Notes: generated by a model not told the origin, from the sequence alone. A DNA stretch of 63,447 nt, filler included, from Folioceros fuciformis (GCA_049999805.1; 13 parts of 13 records of this genome joined end to end with filler, not necessarily neighbours in it); one strand, 5' to 3'. Positions 10,926 to 23,314 are shown, counted from the first letter of the whole stretch. Program-made: numbers and translations.

Positions 10926-11270
10926 TCAAATCACTCTGCAGCAGCGCACACAGACATCTTCGGCGCGCCTGACTCTGGCTATAGCGACCTCTGCCGACCA
11001 CCTGCCTTCCCACCCAATGAATTTGATCAGCTGCTCCACCCTTAACGGCGTCCAGCTGAGATACCCTCGATTCCTCTCCTCAATCGGCGGAGCTGCTCTC
11101 TTTGCCTGTGTTTTCTTCTCCTTTGGTTGCCGTTCACAGCTGTGGGTATCCTTCCCATATCTGTGCCCGCTACGTGTCGTCATGCCCCACAGGTGAATCA
11201 CTATGGTAAGGGCAGCTGCCGCAATGAGAAGAGCTGCTAAAGCAAGGGTTTCCGTCGTGGATTTGACCAT
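10926..11270 (-). CDS. Antisense accessory ORF (114 aa) between pol stop and PPT; N-terminal TM/signal anchor
   Basis: ATG-started; LALAALLIAAAALTIVIHLW followed by a basic region. Confidence 0.55.
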   Translation of the reverse strand: MVKSTTETLALAALLIAAAALTIVIHLWGMTTRSGHRYGKDTHSCERQPKEKKTQAKRAAPPIEERNRGYLSWTPLRVEQLIKFIGWEGRWSAEVAIARVRRAEDVCVRCCRVI

Positions 11271-11392
11271 CTTTGGAGTCTGGAGCTCGACAGTACTGGG
11301 CGATGGCGTTTCCGCTTCCTCACAGAACGGAACGTGGTGCTGAGCTTTCCTCTGACGCCGTAATAAGTTGACGCCATTAGGTTAAGAGGGAG

Positions 11393-11566
11393 TGTCGAGG
11401 GGGGGTAACCCTATACGACCCAACTTAAGTAAATAATAGGGTTATGCATAAAATAATACATAAAGACAATTTTGTTTATTATTCATAATCAATTACATTT
11501 GGTAGTTTGCACGCACAAGGGCTCTGCGCTCCGCGGCTCTCACCTTTTGCGACTCCCAAATTGACA
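11393..11566 (+). repeat. 3' LTR of element C (174 bp), preceded by PPT AAGAGGGAG
   Basis: TGTC...GACA inverted termini; the right end falls exactly where the neighbouring RNase H breaks after CDNQSAIALS. Confidence 0.85.
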
Positions 11567-12221
11567 CGAGAAAGAGCAATTGCTGATTGATTGTCGCAGA
11601 ACAGTCGAGTTGGACTAGCTGGGAGTTTGCCTAAACCTTTGAGGAAAGTGCGAATCCATAAGATCTCCCGAGGTGCTTGTGCCATAGCACCATACTCTGC
11701 TTCGGTGTTGGAAAGGCATATGGTGGGCATATTCTTGCTTGACCATGACACCACAAAACTACCGAGGAAACAGCAATAGGCTGCAACACTTTTGCGAATA
11801 TCGGGGTCTCTTGCCCAATCTGCATCACAGAACGCAAAAAGCCCAAGTCCATTTGGCTGCCTAGTATACCTGAGACCTCTGATAGGTGTGCCCTTCAAGT
11901 AACGAAATATTCTCTTCACGGCTATCCAGTGTTCCATTCCTGGGTTCTCAAGGAATTGGCTAACATTACTGACAACCCTACTAATATCTAATCTTGTCCA
12001 CCCAGCTAGATAAAGCAAGCAACCCACAGCTGGCCTATATGGCTTCTTTGCCATTTTTGCCTTCTCAGGCAAAGTCTAGGCGATTGCTCCTTGGACAGCT
12101 TTTCTCCCACTGCCATTGGAGTTGCCACTAGCTTTGCATCTTCCATTTGAAAACGTTGTAGCAGTTGTTTGACAAAGTGTTCTTGGTGGATGTTGATTGT
12201 ATGGTCTGCATGATTAAAATG
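11567..12221 (-). pseudogene. Copia RT/RNase H fragment interrupted by element C
   Basis: PYRPAVGCLLYLA, KRIFRYLKGT, CDADWA, NTEAEY, CDNQSAI. Confidence 0.9.
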
Positions 12222-13214
12222 NNNNNNNNNNNNNNNNNNNNNNNNNNNNNNNNNNNNNNNNNNNNTTAATTAATTAANNNNNNNNNNNNNNNNNNNNNNN
12301 NNNNNNNNNNNNNNNNNNNNNGTGATGTTTATGGTGAAGCATACTGGTAACAGCTGATCGCGATGGTCCCGCAGCTGATTCAGATGATGGGCATCAAACC
12401 TTAGCACAACGCAGTTCGTTCCTGTAACATGTACGACTCCTCTACAATGTGCATAGCAATCTGGCTGCACAAGCTCCAGCTGTGCATAACGAAACGGGCC
12501 TTGCTTCCAATTCAACGAAAGGGGCAAGCTGGCCCCGTGGACGGTGGGGTGTACTCTCGTTGCTTGATGCCCTCACAAGGCGAAGGACCTGTCCCCGTTG
12601 GAGTCAGACCGACGGTGATTAAAGAGGTGAATGCTGGTGGTCTGTGACAGGTGCGTGTCTTTCTCGCTCTCTCAGGGCATCTCATTTTCCCGTTGGCCAC
12701 TGGCCTCTGGCCGTATCGGGAGGAAGCCATGAAGGAACCTGTTGATACCCTGTGACCCAATGCCAGCCCTGGATTGATGATGTCATCGACGGACGGGAAG
12801 TGGTACAGGCTCCGTTAATTCGCTGATAAAAGACGAAAGCAACGGCGGCGCCCACATTGCAGGGTCCCGGAGCTGGGTCCCAGTCCGTCAGGGGCTTTCA
12901 CACAGTTTCTTGCCGGCCGTTGCGGGACCGCGACCGCAGAGGAGCGAGCCGCGTGGGGCCTTGGGCCCGGGGCCATGGCGTCCATCTGTTCCGGCCCGGA
13001 CGCCTCCCGGAGCGGAGGACCGGGCTGTACACTCCCCTTGCGCCTCGGGTTTTCGCCTTGGTTCCAGCTTCCTCCTTCTCTCGCACCGGGCGAGCCATGG
13101 CGGATGAGGTGAGGTTGTGGAGGAGGCCAGAGAGGCGGCGGAGCATGCGGATCAGGAGCGGAAGTGGAAGAGGAAGGTGGGCGAGGAGGATGAGGAGGTG
13201 GAGGCCCACAGCCC

Positions 13215-15755
13215 CTTCCTCGTTAGCTACGGCCAACCCTGCGTGCTCCAAGTCGTGGGCCTTATCGTTGACGAAGAACTTCGTTGTCAGTGATAAAGCC
13301 TACCACTCGGAGCACGCAGGGAACGCCCGGATTCATGGACGCTGGGAACGCTGAAGGTCTCAAGCTCTCATTGTTGGGAGCTCATGGACTTTGACCACTT
13401 CCTCGACGAGTTTGGGAGAATGCCGTCGAGAGAAAACTTGAGCGTCGTCACCAACTTTCCAGCGCTAGCCAGCGTGGTTCCCAGGAAGGCAAGCCTCCAG
13501 CTCTGCTCTATTCGGTTGCAAGTTTCGCAAGTTTCTCGATGCGCGCTTTTGGCTTTTTCTTGGAGTTTCTGTGGGTGCTCTGGATGCCGCTCTCTGTTCT
13601 GCTCTTTCGGAGTATCATTCGTGTGCTCTGCGTGCTTGCACGAGATGGACATTTTCGGAGTTCCGTTTGTGTGGTACTGACTCGCGTGCGTTTGAGATCG
13701 ACTGTTTCGGAGTTCATGTGCGTGTGCGTGCGCGCGCGCGCACAAGCCTGTGACTTACCTGTCCAAGGCATGAAATCGATGCTAGCGATGTGCTTGCAGG
13801 CGCGTTGTCCTGCCCTGCTGAAAGAGCTTGCTTAACTGCAAGCCTTATGCGCGCCTGCACATGTGAATACGTTTTCTGTGCTGGGCAAAACCTGTTGCAG
13901 CCCAGCTGGAGCTCCAGTCATGTCTTATGTGCTTGTGACGTATGTGATTGAACCTGTACATGTGTGTGACGTTGCTCGCGCGTGCACATGAAAGTACCTC
14001 CATCCTGCTTCGCTCCAAGCCCTTCCAATGACCGTAACAAGCTTGTTACTTCGAGCATGGAGCTTGGGCTCAACTTGAGGCTTGGATCTGGCCCATAGCA
14101 AGGTCGAGCGGGAGTCAGTCATCCGATACCTTTACTTGGCGAGAACAGTGCAGCTCGATCTTTTGCTTCTCGCCTTCCTCTGTTGGGTGGATGTCTTTGC
14201 ACGCGTGCAGGTGTCGATGTCCGGCCTGCCCCCAATCGATTGCGAAGTTTGTATTCTTGTACGTCTTGGAAATTTTCCCCGGTTGTGCAACACCAGGTTC
14301 AGGATTTTACTTCATTCTGTGAGTTCTTTTGTGGACTGTTGCTTTTGCTCGTTTTTGCCCTGCCCAGGTTGTGTGCTCAACGTCTCTTCTCTCGGTTGCT
14401 CTTCATGTGCTTGTCACTGTCACTGCTTATGTCGCCAATCTGTTTTGTTACAGGTGAGGCTTTGTTAGAGGCAGAAGGACTTGTCCTGTGCCTTTGTAAG
14501 GTATGGTTCGTAGCTGCCCATTTCTTTGGCTGTACACCAGGTTCTCTGCCTTATTGCAGCATTCTCTGTCTTCGCAGCCTGACTTCCTGCGATTTGCGTT
14601 TGGTGTAGCGTTTGCTGGCTTTGTTGTAGTCAAGATGGTCAGGGTAAGTGTGTTTCTTCCGAGCGTTTGTGTGAGTTGGTGTCTAACTTGACGTGGTAGC
14701 TAAGAGCCTTCCCTTGCTACATTTATTTGCAGGTTTGGCGGTTACCTCGAGAAGGGGAATGGGTACACCATGGTGTTCATGAACTGTCTGACAAACAATC
14801 AACAGTCCTCCTTCGCTACGGCAAACTCTGCGTGCTCCAAGTTGTGGGCTTTATCGTTGACGAAGAACTTCGTTGTCAATGATAAAGCCTACCACTCGGA
14901 GCACGCAGGGAACGCCAGGATTCATGGACGCTGGGAACGCTGAAGGACTCAAGGTCTCAACATTGGGAACTCATGGACTTTGACCACTTCCCCGACAAGT
15001 TGGGGAGGATGCCCTTGGGTTGCAATCGCTCGCTGTTTAAAAGTTTCGCAAGTTCTCGGTGCACGCTTTTGCCTGTTTCTTGGAGTTTGCTGTGGGTGCT
15101 CTGGATGCCGCTCTCTGCTCTGCTCCTTCAGAGCAGGATGTGTGTGTTCTGCGTGCTTTGAAGAGATGACATTTTGGGAGTTTCGTTTGTGTGGTGCTGA
15201 CTCGCGTGCGTTTGAAATCGACTGTTTCGGGAGTTCATGTGTGTGTGTGTGTGTGCGTGCTCGCGCGCGCTTAAGCTTATGACCCATCTGTCCAAGGCAT
15301 GAGATTGATGCTAGTGCTTCCAGGCGCCTTGCCCTGCTGAAAGAGCTGGCTTAGCTGCGAGCCTTATGCGCGCCTGTACATGTGAATCCGTTTTCTGTGT
15401 TGGGGAAAACTTGTTGCAGCCCAGCTGGACCTCCAGTCATGGCTAATGTGCTTGTGACGTATGTGATTGAACCTGTACATGTGTGTGGCGTTGCTCGCGC
15501 GTGCACTTGAATGTACCTCCATCCTGCTTTGGTCCAAGACCTTCCAATGACCAGAACAAGCTTGTCACTTTGAGAGCTTCTCTGGCTGAGCCCTTGGATC
15601 TGGCGGATGGCAAGGTCGGAGAGAGTCGGCGTCAGTCAGCCGATATCTTTACTTGGCAAGAATAGTGCAGCTCGAGCTTTTGCTCCTCACCTTTCTCTGT
15701 TTGACCCCGTGGATGTGTTTGCAGGCGTGCAGGTGTCTCTCCGGCCTGCCCCTAA
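13215..15755. repeat. Two diverged direct copies of an about 1-kb unit (~13215..14240 and ~14805..15755)
   Basis: Collinear shared blocks, e.g. gacgaagaacttcgttgtca, catggactttgaccacttcc, gtgacgtatgtgattgaacctgtacatg. Confidence 0.8.
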
Positions 15756-17782
15756 AGGATTGCAACCACAGCAGCTGCGATCTTGGATGAGGTTCACAGC
15801 TCCTTTTGGCTGAGCCCAGATTTTAGTTCAGGCAGGGGAGATCGATGCTGGCATGTGATGTGTGAAACGCTGATGCTGATGTCAAGTCATACTTGCTTTC
15901 TTAATTACGTTTGGACATCCAGACAATGACTTCGTGCTTGCCGAAGATGGACATGGAGGTGGTCGGTGAGGGCATCCTCGTGCAACCCGATTACTCTCTG
16001 GTTCGCGGTCCAAGAACTCGATGCCGACGCCAGCATCGAGTGGCACATCTGCTTGCTCGGCAAGGTATGTCTAGACGGGCTCGAGTTCCTTTTGTGTGTA
16101 TCCTTTCTCCAATACCTACTGTAGTGACGCTCTACATGCAATTGCAGCTAGCCAACTTGTGCCGCCATGATCAACTCAGGCATCTCCACANNNNNNNNNN
16201 NNNNNNNNNNNNNNNNNNNNNNNNNNNNNNNNNNTTAATTAATTAANNNNNNNNNNNNNNNNNNNNNNNNNNNNNNNNNNNNNNNNNNNNCCGTGTCAAC
16301 ACAGACACTGACAAAAGTGTCACGGAATGCCAAGTGAAACTGCAGAGGGGTATGGCAAGTATCTAGGCATTAATAACCACGTGTAAGCCTCTTGGCCATT
16401 CTGCCATAAACTTGACGGTCGACTCAAAGTTCGCCAACTTCACCATACACTTGCAATGCATAGCCGCCAGGCAACCGTCGTGGAATGAAGGGCTGCTTTC
16501 CTCCCACTTGTTGGGGAACTATAAATCCCTCACTTTTGCCAAAATTCAAGTAGGGGCAGGGAGGACCTTGGTCAACATGCCTACAACTAAACACACTAAG
16601 ATGGAGCCGACGTCACAAAAAGTCAGGTCACATGGGCAAAATGTTGCAAGACTCTAGGAGCGGATAACCAAGATATATCTCTCGTATACATGGCAAAACC
16701 ATTGCCAACGTTATCCCCGAAGTTGACACGAATCAAGAGCGCAGGCTATGTGGAGACTGCTTCACAGCACCTGCTTTGTGTGCATGTTGTAAAACACATG
16801 GCCTGCCCCCTTTAGTTATCACATGGTGCAAAGGAGAGATTGGAGAGTCTAATTATACCAGTCTCCAAGATTTATGAGACATGTATATGCTGCCTAAGAC
16901 ATGAATATGGGGAATGGAAGCTTCATCTCGTATAGCCAACATCTTCTTAGATAGCGGACATATCACAATTGATGTGGCTGTTAGGATGGGTTTTTTGAGT
17001 AATATAGGCTAGGATGTGAGTCTCATTGTTTTAGCTCTGTGTATCTCAATTTTGAGGGGGAATTATAAAGGCATCGTTGTCCTACAGATGGTGAGTACTT
17101 GCATTACCTAGCAGTCGAGTGTATCTCAATGCCAAGGGGGATTTATAACGTCATGGCCATTCTACAAATGGTGAGTCCCTGCATTACAGGTAGTCGTGCA
17201 TCCCTCTACTGAATATCCCCTAAGGGATTTGGAATGACACTCTTGCAAACAAATTGCCAAGTAGGGTTCGTTACAAACCTCATGAATACAAAAAGCACGC
17301 AAGCTTGCCCTCAAAGATACCCCATGGGTTGGGGTATATGGCCACTCCTTGTACACATGTACTCGTTCATATATGCCTTTGTAGAATATATGCAAGTAAA
17401 AAGGATTGTTTAATATTCTTACCTCTATTATTCATACCAAGAAAAAAAAAAACAAAGAAACTTGTATACAATTGACTTTTGAACTATATCCTTCGAGATT
17501 ATGCCAAATGCAATGACTATATATGTGATGTTGCAATATATTAAATATTACAATAAGATTTAGGGGCATACATTTGATACCTCTACATACCAAATCTTTA
17601 TTTGAGATTTTGTATTGTAGAAGGCTATAAATGTGATACTCCTCCTCATCCAATATTTATTCTATTCTAATTAGCTTCGTCCTAGTTGTAACCCAACAGA
17701 GGTTACTCCAGCAATTGTGATGGCGGCAGCACCTCTAGAAGACACCCATGTTTCCAAAGGCCAGCCATGCGAGGGTTCCAAC

Positions 17783-17955
17783 GCCTATGCTAGTTCGAAC
17801 TCTAGAATTCCCAAGCGGTGTGAGATCAAGGAGTTGAGTGCCAATGCTAGTTCCAACTCTAGAATTCCCAAGCAGTGTGAGATCAAGGAGTCGAGTGCCA
17901 ATGCTAGTTCCAACTCTAGAATTCCCAAGAGGTGTGAGATAAAGGAGTGGAGTAC
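17783..17955. repeat. 57-bp tandem repeat, 3 copies
   Basis: atgctagtt at 17787, 17844 and 17901. Confidence 0.88.
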
Positions 17956-19219
17956 CGTGGCGCTGTGGTCATGGGGTAGGTGCATCTGTGATTTGCAGCA
18001 TCCCTTGTATCTTTGTGATTTGCAGCATCCCTTGTATCTTTGCCTCTTCAATCTGCAATTTGTTGGACAATGCTCTTGACAAGCTTGTTGATGCTTTTGT
18101 AGAGCTTGTGCATGACACTTGTGCCATTTGCAAGAACCATATTATGGGCCCATGTGAGTAGAATGACATCTCCCTTGATGCTTGCAATTGCTTTAAGGTT
18201 TTTGTAGCATGCACCTAGGTGTAGCACTTGTTTGGCTAACCTTGAAAGTAGCCATTGCTTAATGATGGCAAAAAGGAATGATATATATCATTATATAATA
18301 TAAAGTTGTTTGGAATGTATAGGTATTGAGTGTGAGGAAGGTCAACCTGTTTCAAAAGCTAGAGTCGCCACCTTGTCCGCGCTGACGAGAATTGCATAGC
18401 TGCATGGGGTAAGGACTACATTCTTTGTGGCATCCATGCCCTTTCGACTCTCTTTCACTGCTTTTGATGAACACCCTCCTTGAGTTTAATGGCCCTCTAA
18501 TTTTGAGTTCTGCATTCTTGTAGCGGCTTGCAATCATGCATTTCACTCTCATTGCATTCAGGCCTGGTTGAAGAGTCGGCAAACTTGTCCTCTTGGTAAG
18601 CTAGGTTACAGTTTTATCGTCATGCCTGTCATGCGTGCTAATTATGTGAGCACTCATTGTCACGTTTGTCATCTTATGTGTTTTGTTTTGCACTTCTTTG
18701 CTGGAGGCTCTAATCTTGTGATTGTCCTCTTACAACTTGTAGATGGAAGAGAGTGGGAATTGAAGAAGCTTGGTCCTTAGTAGCCCCAGGGTTGGGGCCA
18801 CCTCCATGTCTAAGTTTCAATGGTGTAAACACACACACGTCAAGGAACAAAGTGAGCCCGGGCTTGATTGTTGCATGTAGAGGATTTTACAGCGTTTGCA
18901 CTTGTATCTTGCATGACTCCACACATTCCGTGGGATGAAATGAAATTATCCATCCCAACCAACAAGGTGGCATGTCCTAGATTGATGACTTTGCGGCAGC
19001 AAAGAGGGGACCTACCTTGCAACATTGTTTGTTGTGTAATTATCTAGATAGACAACAGCGAAATCAACAGGAATTTAATGAAGTTTAAAATCTCTTTCTT
19101 CCTTCCCTCCGCAAACCCAGCAATTTATTTGGTGTATGCCATTATGCCTTCCCATACTTCCAATTGTCCAACAAATCGAAAACTAAATGTTTAGTCAATT
19201 TGCAATACATTGATACGTA

Positions 19220-19500
19220 GCCAGCCCCGTATATTCATTCGGATCTTTCAGCTCCCTTAGAGGGCTGGATCACACTTGTCCGCTACGTCGGAAAGTTCCA
19301 ACACGTTTCAAGCAAACCCAACTTGGTAGCAAACTTTTGTCTCCTTGGGAACGATGGCGGGGGAGTTTGACTCCACGCGTCTCTGGCAATAATTGTCTGC
19401 AGCATGGAATCATCCACCAAACTTCCTACACAGCCGACCAAAATGAGCGCAGGAGCCACCGCACTCAAGTAGAGATGAACTGGTGCCTTCCTTTCTACCC
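19220..19500 (+). pseudogene. Highly degenerate Copia integrase remnant
   Basis: Fragments IHSDL, NDGGG and CLQHGIIHQTSYT..QNE..HRT.VEM occur in order across frameshifts. Confidence 0.5.
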
Positions 19501-19966
19501 AATTAGCTCCCCTTCAGTTCTGGGTACGTCACCGCTTGTATACAACCATAACATAACTCGACACTTCCTTCTGGTCCTCTCCGAACTCCAACTCTCTTCA
19601 ATCCTTAGGCAGTGCTGTCCCTTGTCTTCCTAGTTTTCTATTCCCAGTCCTTGTTTTTGTCGCAGCTGGTTAGAACTCTTAGGGGCAGTTACCTGACTCT
19701 CCTCCTCATGTTGTGCTGAGCTCGTATTGTTTTCTTCCTTTGGTATTCCATGGATTCCTCTGCGAATGGTACCTATGGATTACACAAGATAAGTGGCGAC
19801 TATGTGATGGGACCTGACCGTGTCAACACAGACACTGACAAAAGTGTCACGGAATGCCAAGTGANNNNNNNNNNNNNNNNNNNNNNNNNNNNNNNNNNNN
19901 NNNNNNNNTTAATTAATTAANNNNNNNNNNNNNNNNNNNNNNNNNNNNNNNNNNNNNNNNNNNNAG

Positions 19967-20929
19967 GTGATGAAAGACGATGGGGACAGGTCGTCTAGGA
20001 CTGATTTCGCTGTGGAGGAAACTCACTCTGAAAGGAGACTCCACCAGCTCATGTACGCCGACAGGGACTACGAACCGGCGGAGACCTCCTCTGCGGACAA
20101 CAGGAATGAACCTGTTGTGCAAGTGAGAGACGAGAAGGGATACTCAGTCGTGAAAATCACGTGCAAGGATCGACCTAAGCTTCTGTTTGACACAGTATGC
20201 ACATTGACAGACATGGATTACGATGTTGTCCATGCCACCATCGACTCGGAGAACGGAGAAGCCGTGCAGGTGAGATCGCAGTCCCTCTCAACGGATTTGC
20301 AGTATCTTTGGCCTTGGAGGTTAAAATGCCTTGCATTTTGTTCTGTGGAGGTCTCATGGGGTATGTGGTTTTGTTCGTCAGGAATACTTTATTCGTCGAA
20401 AAAACGGTGAAATTTTAGATGCCGATGCCGGAAGGAAGGTGGTCAAATGCTTGAAAGCAGCGATCGAGAGACGGGCCCCAGCTGTAAGCCCCCGACAGCG
20501 CCTTGATTCAGATTTTAGCTACCGTAAGCCACTTGAGATAACACAACTGATCTGTGGCTTTGTCCTTAATTTCAGGGCCTGCGGCTAGAGTTGTGTACGA
20601 GTGACAGAGTAGGGCTGCTGTCAGAGATCACTCGTATCTTCTCAACGAACAACCTTTCCGTGACTAGGGCCGATGTGGCCACTCTTAATGATCAAGCTGT
20701 CAACGTGTTCTACGTGGTCGACTCCAGCGGGTGCCCTGTGGACATGAAAGTTGTGGAGGCAGTCAGGAAACAGATCGGGCAGACCATGTTGAAAGTGGCT
20801 GTAGAGATTCCACCTCGGTCTGTCAAGTCTCCTCCCAGAGAAGCCGTGAAGCCCAAGTTTTCTTTCGGCAACATCTTGAAGTCCCAGCTCTTCTACAACC
20901 TGGGCCTTGTCAAGCCTTCTTACGCTTGA
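19967..20929 (+). CDS. ACR: ACT-domain repeat (ACR-family) protein, last three exons: 19967..20269, 20382..20483, 20576..20929
   Basis: [63 protein letters not shown]; two GT-AG introns keep the frame. Confidence 0.93.
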
Positions 20930-22242
20930 TAGCAGGAATTCGAAGGACCACAGTCGAATGTGCGTCTCTGTTGTCAAGTCTTCGCGACCTGGGTCACCTG
21001 GGGCAAGATGTTCAGGTCATCCTGAACCCTGTCCGTCAACCTTGTACCTTGTGTTGCCAACCTCCGGAGCTGCCATCACTGTGTACAGAAGAGGCGCATG
21101 ACAGGATATAGGATACAATTGGGCCTCGGTTTGAGCTGAGGGCCTGTGGTTTAGGTACTACTTCCGAATTGTACCTCCTACCTAAATATTTTTTTTCCCA
21201 AATCGTTGCAACGTGGGTGAAAGGTGGTATGTCCGAGTTATCATTGAATAGGAAATACTGTGCATGATTGCGGAAGGATCTAGCGTGAGTGAACGGTGAT
21301 TCCAGTTTTTTGTCTTCGGAAAAGACAGGGGAACGTTTGAGACCAACCCAATGAGGGCGGCTCGTGCGAATAGCATGGGCAAGTTGCTGCAGGTGAAGGT
21401 GAAGGTGCAGGATCCGTCCAAAAAGAATTGATCCAAACTGTGAGTCCGATTTGTAATGTTGTGCTCCCATCGACGAGCCTCCCTTTTGACTTGAGATAAC
21501 CGTTGTAGGTGTAACTCTCTGATTTCATCCATAGCTACTTCAACAAAGTTTGGGTTTTACGCTCGTCATTCATGAACAATATTCTAAGCTCACGGGTAGT
21601 GAAGATACCAAGTCGTAGATTCGAGAGAAAGCTGCGACTTGAATGGAGCCGGTGTGGACCCGTGTTGCCTGCCGTGTGTAGATCACAATCAAACCCACTA
21701 CACCCGTCTCTCATGGAGGACGCTACGACTAAGGAATGCAGTTGGGTCCAGGTTGTGACCAACTCAATGGAGAAAGGGCCACTGGTCAGCAAGTTTGAAT
21801 CAATAAGGCCATCATTCCGACCATCAAACCACTAGGGAAACATAGATTCGTCATCTCGGTGGCCCATCCCACCGTCCCGAACTAGAGCTCACGAACATCC
21901 AGACAGACTGACGACTGTAGCCCTCAGCTGGAAAGGGACACGACAGGAACCGCGTTGCTCGCAGGCACCAGCTAACAGAAGTAAAAACCCTCTTCAACAA
22001 AGGCAGCAAACCGGCCCCAATTCCGAATCCTTCACGACGACAACGCAAACAACAGACGAAGGCGGAGTAAACTTGACTCTCACGACAACGAGGTCGGAGG
22101 GGCGATATTTATACAGTAGGTTCACGTGTGGTTAGGGTTTGGGCGACGGGGAGGCTAGGGCTGACGGTTTCAGTCAGAATCTCTGATGTGCTGATAAATA
22201 AGCCAACCGACACAGGGATCTACATTAAAATTTGCTCAGTCA

Positions 22243-22629
22243 CTATCGTAGCACAGACATGGTGGTTAGGGAAGAGTCAGTGGCTCCCGCCGTCACGGGG
22301 CCCCCGGCCTGTAGCACAGCTCTCAGTTGCCCAAGAGCTTTTGAAGTGATCAGCTCTCCAGGTGCGACCAGGGGGATGCCAGGGGGGTAGGGACATAACA
22401 ACTCAGCAGAAACTTCCGGAACCGGATCCATCTCGAAAGCGGACACGAGACCCAGATGTGACTGGGCTGATGCACCAAGCTGCAAGCCCTGCCCCTGTCC
22501 CTCGATGCGCGGTTGCTGTGACCTGGAGGAAAGGACTTTGACAGAATGGACCAGCAGTCTATGGACGTCATGTCTGCTTGTGCCTGCATGAAGAGCGAAA
22601 GTGATGGACCGGAGCAACGGCAGCTCGGC
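22243..22629 (-). CDS. Orn/Lys/Arg decarboxylase family, C-terminal domain (partial)
   Basis: VSAELLCPYPPGIPLVAPGELIT and a GATDSSLTT tail. Confidence 0.8.
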   Translation of the reverse strand, partial: AELPLLRSITFALHAGTSRHDVHRLLVHSVKVLSSRSQQPRIEGQGQGLQLGASAQSHLGLVSAFEMDPVPEVSAELLCPYPPGIPLVAPGELITSKALGQLRAVLQAGGPVTAGATDSSLTTMSVLR

Positions 22630-22844
22630 NNNNNNNNNNNNNNNNNNNNNNNNNNNNNNNNNNNNNNNNNNNNTTAATTAATTAANNNNNNNNNNNNNNN
22701 NNNNNNNNNNNNNNNNNNNNNNNNNNNNNTTTTCAAGGCTGCAATTAATTCACGAAAATTCTGATGTGAGAGTCTTCTAATGCAGACTTGAGTTTTGCAA
22801 AATGTGCAGGTGTTAGAAGGCACAGGCTCCATGCTCTAATACCA

Positions 22845-23111
22845 TTAAGCAAGGGGTAGGATCGAAGGTAGTTAGGCAAGAAAGATTATTAAAATTGTGT
22901 GACCGGTGACTGCCTTTGGGCAGGTATGTGTGTGAGGACTGTAGGGTTGCGACCGTTCATGAAAGAACGTGTCGCTTAGAACGGTCACGATGGTATGAAA
23001 CGTTGTGACGTTTCATACCTTGAATATTTTGCCTATTTAAATTCTAAACTAAGGCTGACTATTTAAATATACTTTAAAATACTCTTAAATGTTTTTATAT
23101 ATATTTCTATA
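22845..23111 (-). repeat. LTR of element G (about 266 bp, non-TG/CA ends)
   Basis: Bounded by PPT AAGTGGGAG and PBS TGGTATTAGAGC; sense strand reads TATAGAAA...GCTTAA. Confidence 0.8.
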
Positions 23112-23314
23112 CTCCCACTTAGACAGACTTAGTAGATTTCGTGCATTTGAATCTTCAATCTTCCGTGGATTGATGAGAATTGCTCCCACTGCTTGTTGTG
23201 TTCCCTTGTTGATGTCCTCCATTCTTTGCCTTGATGATTCCAATGAAGATTATAATCCTTGAAGAGCTACACAAGTCTTGCATGCATTTTTGCTGTCTAT
23301 GGGAGTTACAAGAC

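Larger units (their letters stand above)
7641..11566 (+). mobile_element. Ty1/Copia element C (5' truncated), inserted into another Copia RNase H
   Basis: Integrase-RT-RNase H order, PPT 11384..11392, 3' LTR TGTCGA...TTGACA. Confidence 0.93.
16291..19864. repeat. Contig with a 47-bp terminal direct repeat (16291..16337 = 19818..19864)
   Basis: ccgtgtcaacacagacactgacaaaagtgtcacggaatgccaagtga at both ends. Confidence 0.9.

Noticed and set aside
10926-11270. Calling the 3' ORFs env genes
   Set aside because: They are antisense, short and N-terminally anchored, unlike sense env-like ORFs with C-terminal TM domains.
12322-12820. Stop-interrupted coding-like frame
   Set aside because: No recognisable domain; a product call cannot be supported.
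17783-17955. CRISPR-like array (also the repeats at 51780, 55960 and 62870)
   Set aside because: Units are contiguous with no unique spacers, there are no cas genes, and the context is eukaryotic.
18361-18371. tRNA-Arg-type PBS-like TGGCGACTCT (similar at about 19793)
   Set aside because: Short match with no definable LTR or gag next to it.
21180-22210. Possible degenerate retroelement between the ACR and decarboxylase genes
   Set aside because: Only vague LTR-like and RNase H-like resemblance, with no diagnostic motif.
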